DNA of 64,000 nt from a virus (taxonomy: Duplodnaviria; Caudoviricetes): positions 1 to 64,000 of IMG/VR virus record IMGVR_UViG_3300017774_006743. The stretch is one strand, 5' to 3'. The position numbers and the translations under genes are program-made. Under the pieces are notes generated by a model. That model was not told where the DNA came from. It did no database searches and saw only the letters and a list, made by a program, of their open reading frames with translations. This document shows, piece after piece, positions 55,667 to 64,000 of this stretch; within the stretch, counting starts at the first letter, position 1; each line of letters opens with the position of its first letter.

Positions 55667-57589
55667 TTATTTAATACCAAAGGAGTATGCCGAGTTATTA
55701 AATATCTGCCGGGGAGAAGGTGATTGTGATGAGGGGACAGAACCACCGCCAGGTTCATTAATAATGGTTGAGCCTCCCTGCTGTGTTTTTACTCCAATTT
55801 CACTAATAGACTTTCCATTCCGGATGATCTCTTCAAGTATCTTCTTTTGTATACTAACCTGTGTTGTGAGTATATCATTTGTTCTGTTGATTTGCGCAAT
55901 ATCAGCTCGAAAGGTGATAGTCTTTATACCGGTTGTATCAATCTTGCTTATACCCTGGAATATACCCTTGAGGGTTTCATCGATGATCGTTAGACCAGCT
56001 GTTGAACTAATAATACCCTGGATACCTTCTGATACTAATTTGAGATTATCACCATATCCGGATAAGTACCCAATTTTTTGTTGTAACACACCAAATGCTT
56101 CCCCAGTTAATGCTAGTTGGGTAGGGTCTATATTACTGAGGTTGTAAAACAGCTGGTTAAATTTTTCAGCGTTTTTAATATCAACAACAAATATTTGTGA
56201 TACTGCTTTTGCAAGCTCCATAATAGCCTCCGATGATGTCTGAATATCTTTCCCTTTCGCTGTAAGTGTAATTATCTTATCAATTGGTCCACTATTGCTG
56301 AAAAAATCAACGAAACTCATCGATGCCCCGGCAACTGCAGATCCAAGAGCAACAGCAGCAAATTTAGCTAGTGAAGTTGCTAATCCAGTTAGAGAAGAAC
56401 TTACATCCCTTATTTTTTCACCAGGTATACTTAAGAGTTTGTCAAAAAATATGGTTATATGTTTGAACCCATCCCACATTCGCCGCACTATACCTTCTGT
56501 AGTGTTAAATGCTTGGAACAACACCCCAGAGAATATATCAGCTATCTCAACAGCACTACCCGTGATTGTGGATATTACAGACTTCAAAACGTTTAATGAA
56601 GGTTGTAGGTTATCATTAATAAATCCAACAACCTTTTCAAATGCTCCGATCAATTTGAGCGATATAACAGATGCTTTATCTAAAAAATTATCATAGAAAT
56701 CTTTAACTAGTGGTGCTAATTTATCAATTGTTTCAAACACCCTATCAACAACTTCAGATACTATATTACCTGTTAATGTTGCAATGTGGTTGATGCTATT
56801 AAACACTGGATCAAACATTGATTTAATAATGCTGCCAACTTCAGATACTAACTTACCAATAAACCCAAATAGGTTTGTATATATTGTTGTAAATATATGT
56901 GAAATTAGGGGTGTAACATCCTTTATAAGGTTTCCAACTACTGGTAATACACTCATTAAAAACTCCTGGAGCTTTGGGACCATAGTTAAGAGGAATTCCT
57001 TAACAAGAGGATACACAAATCCGATAAATTTCATGAACGCTGGTATACCCTCTGTGAGAGCACCAATGATTTCCGGTAATTTATACACTAAAGCTGTTAA
57101 AATAGCAGCTCCTCCAATAATTGCAACAGATGCAACGATAGCTGGCATTATACCACCGATCATTCCCCCAATATTATCAATCAGACCAGCAACGGCCCCA
57201 ATAATCGATTGTGATTTTGATATAGCAGCTCGAGCTGGAGAAGTTCTTTGTGTGTCATCCTGGGTGTTGGTGGTTTGTTGTACTCCCGGAGTGGGAAGGA
57301 CATCAGCAGCGTATGGTCTATACTTCCCAACCTGGAAAGCCATAGCTATTTCGTCCGCAAATATTTTTGCTATATGACGTTGCTTACTATCAGTTGTAAA
57401 CTTCCCAAATTCAATGGTGTGACCAATAATCTTTGAGACCTCGATCCATTTACTTTGCTCTTCACTAGTGAGCTCTGATGTTACAATGTTATGTTCAATT
57501 GATTCATCGCGACGAGATTGTTGCGTGGCTGTACCACGCTCTCCATCGCGACTATTAAGTAATTGTAATACCTTCTCAACAATATCCAT
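55667..57589 (-). CDS. Tail tape measure protein
   Basis: 640 aa of long amphipathic helices; TAAATA-N6-ATG (57596-57601); in the tail cluster. Confidence 0.65.
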   Translation of the reverse strand: MDIVEKVLQLLNSRDGERGTATQQSRRDESIEHNIVTSELTSEEQSKWIEVSKIIGHTIEFGKFTTDSKQRHIAKIFADEIAMAFQVGKYRPYAADVLPTPGVQQTTNTQDDTQRTSPARAAISKSQSIIGAVAGLIDNIGGMIGGIMPAIVASVAIIGGAAILTALVYKLPEIIGALTEGIPAFMKFIGFVYPLVKEFLLTMVPKLQEFLMSVLPVVGNLIKDVTPLISHIFTTIYTNLFGFIGKLVSEVGSIIKSMFDPVFNSINHIATLTGNIVSEVVDRVFETIDKLAPLVKDFYDNFLDKASVISLKLIGAFEKVVGFINDNLQPSLNVLKSVISTITGSAVEIADIFSGVLFQAFNTTEGIVRRMWDGFKHITIFFDKLLSIPGEKIRDVSSSLTGLATSLAKFAAVALGSAVAGASMSFVDFFSNSGPIDKIITLTAKGKDIQTSSEAIMELAKAVSQIFVVDIKNAEKFNQLFYNLSNIDPTQLALTGEAFGVLQQKIGYLSGYGDNLKLVSEGIQGIISSTAGLTIIDETLKGIFQGISKIDTTGIKTITFRADIAQINRTNDILTTQVSIQKKILEEIIRNGKSISEIGVKTQQGGSTIINEPGGGSVPSSQSPSPRQIFNNSAYSFGIK

Positions 57590-57607
57590 TCATACTATTT
57601 AAGTGTA

Positions 57608-58324
57608 TTACTTAGTAACGAATAGCTGGTCTATAGTCAGTTTTTTATCCCCAATCACCAAGCATTCACTTTCAACAGTCCGGATATCCTGGATGAGTTT
57701 AATTACCTTGTTGTTAATAGTGAGTGGAAGATTCTTAACGACTTCTTTTCGGTCCTTATATTGAATGTCGTTAAATACGACTGTTTCACTTCCAACTGTT
57801 ACTTCACTGATGAACTTAATAATTTCACCAATGTATAAAAGATTAACAAGCTCTCCAGAATCTTTGATGTTATTGTTCTTAATTTCTGTTATTAACTTTG
57901 TGACCAACTTGTTCTCATCACTGAGAGTTGGAATAACACATTTAACCTCAATGTCTTCATCGACAATTGTGGCTAGATCTTCCAACATCTTTGTTTTAGG
58001 AACAGAAAGTGTGGTGGTTGGCTCGTTCTCAACCTTATCTCCCATTGCAGCTATTCTCAATCCAAGTAAAACGTGGTATTTATCATACACTTTGAACTCA
58101 ATATTATCTTCAATACAGTTATCCATTACGATTTGGTTGATTGCTCTTGTAATTGTAAGTGGTGAAACAACTCCATCGAATCCAATAGCTGAAATAATAT
58201 CTGTTTGCTGCGTTATGGTAAGAGGGGTAAAGTGAACTGATCTTCCCAAGCTTGGAACCCAAATTTGAACGGTGTTTAATGTGTTGTGTTCCTTAAGATT
58301 TGTGATTATGTTCTGAAAACTCAT
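57608..58324 (-). CDS. Baseplate hub assembly protein, gp26-like
   Basis: IWVPSLGRSVHFTPLTITQQ..D..HVLLGLR..AMG. Confidence 0.65.
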   Translation of the reverse strand: MSFQNIITNLKEHNTLNTVQIWVPSLGRSVHFTPLTITQQTDIISAIGFDGVVSPLTITRAINQIVMDNCIEDNIEFKVYDKYHVLLGLRIAAMGDKVENEPTTTLSVPKTKMLEDLATIVDEDIEVKCVIPTLSDENKLVTKLITEIKNNNIKDSGELVNLLYIGEIIKFISEVTVGSETVVFNDIQYKDRKEVVKNLPLTINNKVIKLIQDIRTVESECLVIGDKKLTIDQLFVTK

Positions 58325-58339
58325 ACTTCAATTTATATT

Positions 58340-59077
58340 CTACTTTTGTTTATTCAACTCTTTATTCTGCTTGTCAATTTCATCACTATACATCTTCATC
58401 AGCAATTGTGTCTCCCCGGGTGTTAGGGATATGTAGTGATCATATGATTTTGATACCTTATTAAGGAAGTGATATTGTGTCTGATAAAGCTGCATTAGTG
58501 GTTGTCCATATAATTCCATTAGCAACATTGGAAGAACACCATTCTGAATAGATAATTTGATTGGTTGTTTGATGTGTTCCTCATAACCAGCAAGAAATAA
58601 CACCCTTTCATATTTTTTATCCACTTTATCAAGAAAGGATTGGATAGAATTAACAGGTATGTACCCAGAACCATTCTCTCGTATTGTTGATGTAATAGCG
58701 TCCCGAGGATTAAGTGATTTTGGAATGTCAATGTCGGTCCAAAGACCACTGGTGTACATTATTCTGTCACTATATGTATTTTCAATTTCATCAAGTGTAA
58801 GAAGTATGTTATTCAGGTCATATTGAAGAATCTGGTCAATTTCTGTACTACATTGAATGTATGGATCAACGAAAATGATGCGCATGGCAATCAACACATA
58901 AAATTTCTCAATACAGTTGAGATCTTTGAATGGTTCCAACCACTCATCAAAGTAATTGCAGAACCCATCGATGTCTTTGTTCTCACAATATTTGACAATG
59001 TCGATATATTGTTTATTAGTCAGTTGTGGAACACGAATCGACCTGTTGTATACATCAAGTCTGATGGAGAAACTCAT
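58340..59077 (-). CDS. Baseplate hub assembly protein (gp26/gp51-related)
   Basis: EKFYVLIAMR..; C-terminal SYDHYISLTPGETQLLMKMY. Confidence 0.5.
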   Translation of the reverse strand: MSFSIRLDVYNRSIRVPQLTNKQYIDIVKYCENKDIDGFCNYFDEWLEPFKDLNCIEKFYVLIAMRIIFVDPYIQCSTEIDQILQYDLNNILLTLDEIENTYSDRIMYTSGLWTDIDIPKSLNPRDAITSTIRENGSGYIPVNSIQSFLDKVDKKYERVLFLAGYEEHIKQPIKLSIQNGVLPMLLMELYGQPLMQLYQTQYHFLNKVSKSYDHYISLTPGETQLLMKMYSDEIDKQNKELNKQK

Positions 59078-59079
59078 AA

Positions 59080-59946
59080 TTATGCCTGTAACGCCCCGGG
59101 GATGTTGTTTATAATATCAGGTATTGGGGGACCCTGTATTGGTTCTGGAGGAATCTCCCGGGTCAATGGTCCCATAATAACTTCACCGGTTCGTTCCGGG
59201 GTTGTGATGGTTTCTGTTGATCTTAAAACTAATGGTAACTGCTGGTTATATGTAAAGGTAAGATCACCATAATCTGGTGAGGAGATGAAATAGTCTCTGA
59301 AATACCATATGCTCGACTTTGAAACACTTGATATGTCAGACATCCCATCATATGATAATTCATCAGCTTCAACATTTGTTGGGTAACAGTCAAAAAAGGT
59401 AAATATCTTTCTTAACTGCCATTGTGTACCTATTTCATTTGGTAATAACCTGTCCTTTACCCGATCAATCCGTGTATACAGCTGAACTTCAATATCACAA
59501 CAAAGATCAAATTCATCCTTAATGAGACCATAGTGTGACATTGCAATAACCCAGGGTCTGAGAAGAAAATCGATGATATCAAGATTTGTTTCAAGTACGT
59601 CTAATGTAAAGCCACTATATGCTTGTCTATTACCTGTTACAAAACCTGGTCGCAATCCACCTCTGTTTTCAATTTCGAGAGCAGATACATCAACCCCATC
59701 TCCAATTAAATTCATTCCCCGGCAGAACATATAACCAAGATCAGGTCGTATTTCACTAGTGAAATCAATAACAGGCCATGCTTCACTGCTGAGTTGATTT
59801 TCACAAGCAATCATCATTGTTTTGATGTTAGCTTGAACTTGCTGAAGCCGGGGGACGTTTAAATTAACAACCCACAGATTTTTAAGCGGGATGTCATTTC
59901 TCCATCGAGAGATTGCGTCAAGAAAAGCGTAATTAGGAAGAGGCAT
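59080..59946 (-). CDS. Tail tube-like protein (gp54-like)
   Basis: LETNLDIIDFLLRPW..FTFFDCYPTNV..LSYD; TAAATA-N7-ATG (59954-59959). Confidence 0.6.
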   Translation of the reverse strand: MPLPNYAFLDAISRWRNDIPLKNLWVVNLNVPRLQQVQANIKTMMIACENQLSSEAWPVIDFTSEIRPDLGYMFCRGMNLIGDGVDVSALEIENRGGLRPGFVTGNRQAYSGFTLDVLETNLDIIDFLLRPWVIAMSHYGLIKDEFDLCCDIEVQLYTRIDRVKDRLLPNEIGTQWQLRKIFTFFDCYPTNVEADELSYDGMSDISSVSKSSIWYFRDYFISSPDYGDLTFTYNQQLPLVLRSTETITTPERTGEVIMGPLTREIPPEPIQGPPIPDIINNIPGALQA

Positions 59947-59962
59947 TCCTAATTATTTAAGC

Positions 59963-60193
59963 TTATCGTAGAAGTGCGTAAGCACGTTGCTTGATATCAT
60001 CTGGGAATTGTTCGAACATTTCAGATTGAGCGATATCAGCTAGAAGAGTTTCAATTGAATCCCCTTCTTCATCACCAAATGATTGATCAAAATCATCTGA
60101 AGAGACGTCAGGACCAGGTCCTCCATGTTGTGCTTCTTGAGGCTGCATTCCATTAAAGGCTTCCCATATTAGGTTTTGGTCTTTTTTAGTCAT
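59963..60193 (-). CDS. Small acidic protein, possible internal head protein
   Basis: MTKKDQNLIWEAF N-terminus. Confidence 0.5.
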   Translation of the reverse strand: MTKKDQNLIWEAFNGMQPQEAQHGGPGPDVSSDDFDQSFGDEEGDSIETLLADIAQSEMFEQFPDDIKQRAYALLR

Positions 60194-60198
60194 TTAGA

Positions 60199-60786
60199 TT
60201 AAGGGTTGAGTGTTGGTGTAAGGTCAATACCAGGAACGGTGAATGATTCAACATCATAGAAGTGATAAGAAATGGTAACACCAATCTTCACAGTATCACC
60301 ACGACCTTCAGCAATGGTGTATTGAATTGGGTTGATGTTGCGAATCGAAGCTCCATAGAGGGTGTAGATACCATTTGGAATAGGTTCAAGATTCTTATCA
60401 AGCTGAGCTAGCTGAATGAGGTAATTGTTGTTTGGTGTTCCATAATTACCAGCAGAGGTAACATCATCAAATAAGAATCTTGATGCAACTTCAAACTTTG
60501 TGCGTAATCTCCCATTCTTTGGTAGGTAGAACTCAAGCTCATATGAATCCGAACCCGGATACTTTGCAGACCCTGGAACGTTAAACGGAAGACCCATGTA
60601 AGGAGCTTGGACGTTTTCAATATTACGACCCGGAAGAGCAGCAGCTCGAACATATACTAGCTCTTCATCAGTGAATGAATCGATACCAGCAAGGTTAAGC
60701 TGAACCACTCTGAAAAGGAAGTCTCTTGAGAAGTCCTGCCCCTGAGCAACTTGGTAGAATTTTTGAATGTTTTGATTGATTGCCAT
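60199..60786 (-). CDS. gp19: Tail tube protein gp19
   Basis: FSRDFLFRV..AALPGRNI..YMG..PG..Y; follows the sheath gene; TAAATA-N5-ATG (60792-60797). Confidence 0.8.
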   Translation of the reverse strand: MAINQNIQKFYQVAQGQDFSRDFLFRVVQLNLAGIDSFTDEELVYVRAAALPGRNIENVQAPYMGLPFNVPGSAKYPGSDSYELEFYLPKNGRLRTKFEVASRFLFDDVTSAGNYGTPNNNYLIQLAQLDKNLEPIPNGIYTLYGASIRNINPIQYTIAEGRGDTVKIGVTISYHFYDVESFTVPGIDLTPTLNP

Positions 60787-60803
60787 AAGATTATTTAATT
60801 AGA

Positions 60804-63131
60804 TTAGCCAATTAGCTCTTCGAAGTTTGTGTCGGTTCTTGTAGCAACAAAGTTAACAAGAATAAACTCACCAGTACGAACAGCCTTAAGAAGGATTGTT
60901 ACAACCAATTCATTGTTGTCAATAACTTCTCCGGTATTATTATCTGAATTACAAATCACTTTGTAATCGTAAACACCTTCTGCAGCTTTGATCCGTTCAA
61001 AGAAAGGATTAAGAGTGTTTACAACCCGACGACGTGTAAAGTCTGTATTATTTTCAAATACAAAGTATTGCATTGTCTTATATACAGCTTTCTCAGCGTA
61101 TAGGAACAAGCGACGAACGTTGACTCGGTCAAATGCACTTGGTTTCTTTTGAAGAGTCTTTTGACCGAAGATTGCAATTCCCTGACCCGGGAATTGAACA
61201 ATTGGGTTAAATGATGCTTTGTAGAGATCATCTCGTTGCTTCTGATTTGGTGAGAATGCAATGTCAATGACATTGTTAAGAATACCCCTGTTAAATCCAG
61301 CAGGTGCTCCCCATGGTCCAACGATTGCATCTGTTACAGCATACTTACCAGCAACAAATCCAGATGATGGAACCCATACATCTTCACTCAACACACCATC
61401 CCGAACTTTAACCCAGTTAGCATATACTGCACCATAGTTGGTGTTGTATTGGCTGTAGAGATTACGCATTGGGTAATAGATTGAAGTTGAGAATGCAGCT
61501 CCAGCCTTTTGAATAGCTTTCAAATTCTTCCCTTCAACGAAGATCCAACGAAGTGGGTCAGCAATAAAGAAACAATCACCACGACCACCTTCTTGAATTG
61601 AGTTACAAAATGCAGAGTACTTTGTCAACACACTGTCATAAGCAGTGACAATCGAAGTATCTGTTGGAGTTGATGTTCTAATAGCATCAACCTTTGTCGA
61701 CAATGATGTTGGGTAATTTGTATCAACAAACATCCCAGATCCAACAATTTCATTGTAAGCATGGATCGTTCCAAGACCACCTTCAACGAAGATGTCGAGG
61801 TCGTAGATGTCTTTGTTTCTTACCTTTTCAAGACCTATATCAACTTTTGTTGCAACGTCACCAACTACCTTTGCGGTGAGCTTTTGATCTGAATAAACAC
61901 CAAGTGGGAATAGACCATCACAATACCCGAGTCCAGCACGAGCTGCATTAACAATACCAGCTGTTGTTGAGAGTGTTCCAGTACCAAGAGTGGTAAAACC
62001 AATCTCAGAAGAGAGCTTCGTTGAGAGGGTTTGTGTTAGAATACGAATCTTCTTACGAGCATCAAGATTTGCAAGAGATGAACGACCACCGTTTGCACCA
62101 TTTTGATTTGAGATGAATGGATTTACCAAGATTTGGTAATTTGTATCTCTTGACTCTGTTTCAAGGAACGCTGGTTCTTCAGCACCATTTTGTGTTGATA
62201 CCGTTCTGTAATAATCAATTGATCCAGCGTATTTTGAATCAATAACAAACGCCAACTTACGGGGATCATCATTTCCAAACACCTTCCGAAGTTTGTAGGT
62301 ATTGACAAGAAGGTGATCACTAAACTCCTGTGAGTCAATGATATAAGACGTTGTTTGTGTTTCAAGAATTCTAGATATTGAGTTAATATTAGAAGTTGAG
62401 CTTGAAGAAAGAGAGAATGTCATGACACTCTCTGGGATAACTGTGAAGTTTGAACCAACACCTGATTGTGTTACTGTATAAGCATATGTGATTTTGTTAA
62501 AATCATTTGCAAGGTTGTCTGTATCAACGTTATCACCAATGGCAATGTAATAACCATTATATTGTGGATCAACAACTGTTTGAGCCTTGTTAACAACAAG
62601 AAGAGCAGCAGATGAAAGATCACGGACTGTTGAGAATGTTGATCGTGGTGTTGCAGACCACTCAAAAAGAGATCCATTGATCAAGGCTTGGTATTCTGAT
62701 TCATTGAGTGCAAACTGAGCTGGTTTACCAACAAAATATACACCACCACTGAGGTCAAAAGTAGTTGCAAATGTCCCTGTTGTATTAAATGCTGATGCTG
62801 GGAAAGCAAGAACAGTATACTGAGATCCAAATCCTATACCAGTACCAGAACCATATGGAAGTCTGTTGCAGTAGATCGTCCCGGGAGAATTAAGAGCCCC
62901 TTTAACGGTGTGGTAGAAATATCTTTCAGCGGCGTTTTTTGGTGTTCCGTAAACTGATTCAAAATCAGTAATTGATGTGATTTGAAGAACTTCATCAGTT
63001 GGACCTTCATCAGCATAACCCATTGTATAGATTTTTGTCCCAGCTGATGGAGAAACTCTTTGTGATAGGTCTGTTTCAAGTATCTCAACACCTGGAGATT
63101 CAATAGTTCTTGTAATTCTTGTAAATGCCAT
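60804..63131 (-). CDS. gp18: Tail sheath protein gp18
   Basis: SPGVEILETDLS, GPTDEV, VPSSG, PAGFNRG, QRDDLYKASFNP, GQKTLQ..AFDRVNVRRLF; TAAATA-N8-ATG (63140-63145). Confidence 0.95.
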   Translation of the reverse strand: MAFTRITRTIESPGVEILETDLSQRVSPSAGTKIYTMGYADEGPTDEVLQITSITDFESVYGTPKNAAERYFYHTVKGALNSPGTIYCNRLPYGSGTGIGFGSQYTVLAFPASAFNTTGTFATTFDLSGGVYFVGKPAQFALNESEYQALINGSLFEWSATPRSTFSTVRDLSSAALLVVNKAQTVVDPQYNGYYIAIGDNVDTDNLANDFNKITYAYTVTQSGVGSNFTVIPESVMTFSLSSSSTSNINSISRILETQTTSYIIDSQEFSDHLLVNTYKLRKVFGNDDPRKLAFVIDSKYAGSIDYYRTVSTQNGAEEPAFLETESRDTNYQILVNPFISNQNGANGGRSSLANLDARKKIRILTQTLSTKLSSEIGFTTLGTGTLSTTAGIVNAARAGLGYCDGLFPLGVYSDQKLTAKVVGDVATKVDIGLEKVRNKDIYDLDIFVEGGLGTIHAYNEIVGSGMFVDTNYPTSLSTKVDAIRTSTPTDTSIVTAYDSVLTKYSAFCNSIQEGGRGDCFFIADPLRWIFVEGKNLKAIQKAGAAFSTSIYYPMRNLYSQYNTNYGAVYANWVKVRDGVLSEDVWVPSSGFVAGKYAVTDAIVGPWGAPAGFNRGILNNVIDIAFSPNQKQRDDLYKASFNPIVQFPGQGIAIFGQKTLQKKPSAFDRVNVRRLFLYAEKAVYKTMQYFVFENNTDFTRRRVVNTLNPFFERIKAAEGVYDYKVICNSDNNTGEVIDNNELVVTILLKAVRTGEFILVNFVATRTDTNFEELIG

Positions 63132-63168
63132 ATACAAGATATTTAATAAAATTCGAGCAGATTTTTTC

Positions 63169-63735
63169 TCAGATACTCAGTTTATTGACATGTAACTGGG
63201 AATACACAAAGGTAAATGAACATTCTGCCTCTCCCCCATCCCTGTAATTCCAATTTATTTCACCAAGAGATGTTGGAAAAGCTTTTGTATAAGTAAATTC
63301 TACAACCCCATTGTCAAATTCATCCTTCACAATGATGGTCAGATCAACTTGATACTCATCAAATAAGTCTTCTGGAATTAATCCCCTTACATCAGGGATA
63401 CCTTCGACCTGATCATGCATTAAGTTTAGCCATTGATATATGACCCAATAGTTATTGAACCTGTTATCAATAGTGAAATTGACCGTAACAGGTGGATACG
63501 AATTCTTTCCATGAGAAGAGTTATACAATGTTGATCCAGCATATCTAATCTCAACACCAGGTACTTCAATATTTGGTGTTACAGCTCCCCAAATTGAGAA
63601 CTGCAACGTATTACTCATTATATGAAGATTATCATTGACTGTTTTTGTGTCAATCTTCTTAAGAGCACTAGGAATATTGAAAGAAAGTGTAAACTTGTCT
63701 TTCCGTTGCTTGTTGAGTAAGGATTGTTGTGCCAT
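63169..63735 (-). CDS. Tail completion/terminator protein (gp3-like)
   Basis: YPPVTVNFTIDNRFNNYWVIYQW..FTYTKAFPTSLG; TAAATA-N6-ATG (63742-63747). Confidence 0.7.
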   Translation of the reverse strand: MAQQSLLNKQRKDKFTLSFNIPSALKKIDTKTVNDNLHIMSNTLQFSIWGAVTPNIEVPGVEIRYAGSTLYNSSHGKNSYPPVTVNFTIDNRFNNYWVIYQWLNLMHDQVEGIPDVRGLIPEDLFDEYQVDLTIIVKDEFDNGVVEFTYTKAFPTSLGEINWNYRDGGEAECSFTFVYSQLHVNKLSI

Positions 63736-63751
63736 TGTGTATATTTAATTG

Positions 63752-64000
63752 TTAGAACCCAAGTGGTCTCCACCCCAATGCATGGAGTTCATCTTCATCG
63801 ATATCCTGTTCATTACCAAAACCAAATATAACAGGAGCAAGTGATGTATCAATTGATTCAAGAGCTTCTGGTGTATATATTGAATGGGGATTGATATAAT
63901 TGGTGAGACCCCAATCAGTTGCTGAGATTTTCATTGGTTTTCCATTATCATCACGTTCTTCGATTTCAAAATATTGACTGCATATTTCATCAAACAACGC
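63752..64000 (-). CDS. C-terminal fragment of a gene running off the window, probably large terminase gp17
   Basis: Frame open to the window edge (ALFDEICSQYFEIEERDDNGKP); the gp17 call rests on position upstream of gp3/gp18. Confidence 0.4.
   Translation of the reverse strand, partial: ALFDEICSQYFEIEERDDNGKPMKISATDWGLTNYINPHSIYTPEALESIDTSLAPVIFGFGNEQDIDEDELHALGWRPLGF

Noticed and set aside
264-63103. Many 60-200 aa alternative-frame or antisense ORFs in the track (e.g. 1619-1945, 7981-8451, 56784-57377, 55635-56147)
   Set aside because: They lie within or opposite well-supported genes and have no recognisable motifs.
1-64000. tRNA, CRISPR array, group I intron, intein, IS element
   Set aside because: Intergenic gaps are short (mostly under 80 nt) with no repeat-spacer arrays or cloverleafs, and core genes (gp43, gp41, uvsX, gp18) are uninterrupted and of normal length.
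1-64000. Stop-codon reassignment
   Set aside because: Core genes are full length in the standard code, and TAA, TAG and TGA all end genes.

Overview
A 64-kb, AT-rich (about 35% GC by eye), very gene-dense piece of a T4-like contractile-tailed phage genome in the standard genetic code. Positions ~1-29 kb are mostly + strand replication, recombination and transcription genes: uvsY, uvsW, gp55, gp47/gp46, gp43, uvsX, gp41, gp32, gp45, rnh and gp61, with dUTPase and gp44 displaced to 42.6-44.2 kb. Positions ~29-64 kb are mostly virion genes: fibres, baseplate gp25/gp6/hub/gp53/gp26, tape measure, tube, sheath, gp3 and probably the 3' end of the large terminase. I found no tRNA, CRISPR array, intron, intein or IS element. 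Four observations stand out. (1) A QueC homologue lacking three of its four Zn cysteines, a class II glutamine amidotransferase and two glycosyltransferases sit inside the replication module, a candidate undescribed DNA or protein modification system. (2) CCGG looks strongly over-represented by approximate hand count. (3) There are three promoter-like motif classes, including a GGAAA-N5-(-10) class shared by DNA polymerase, clamp loader, QueC and the amidotransferase; most sit close to start codons, implying near-leaderless mRNAs. (4) Unrelated proteins have repeatedly lost structural Zn ligands. Product calls come from recognising motifs by eye; no database search was run.
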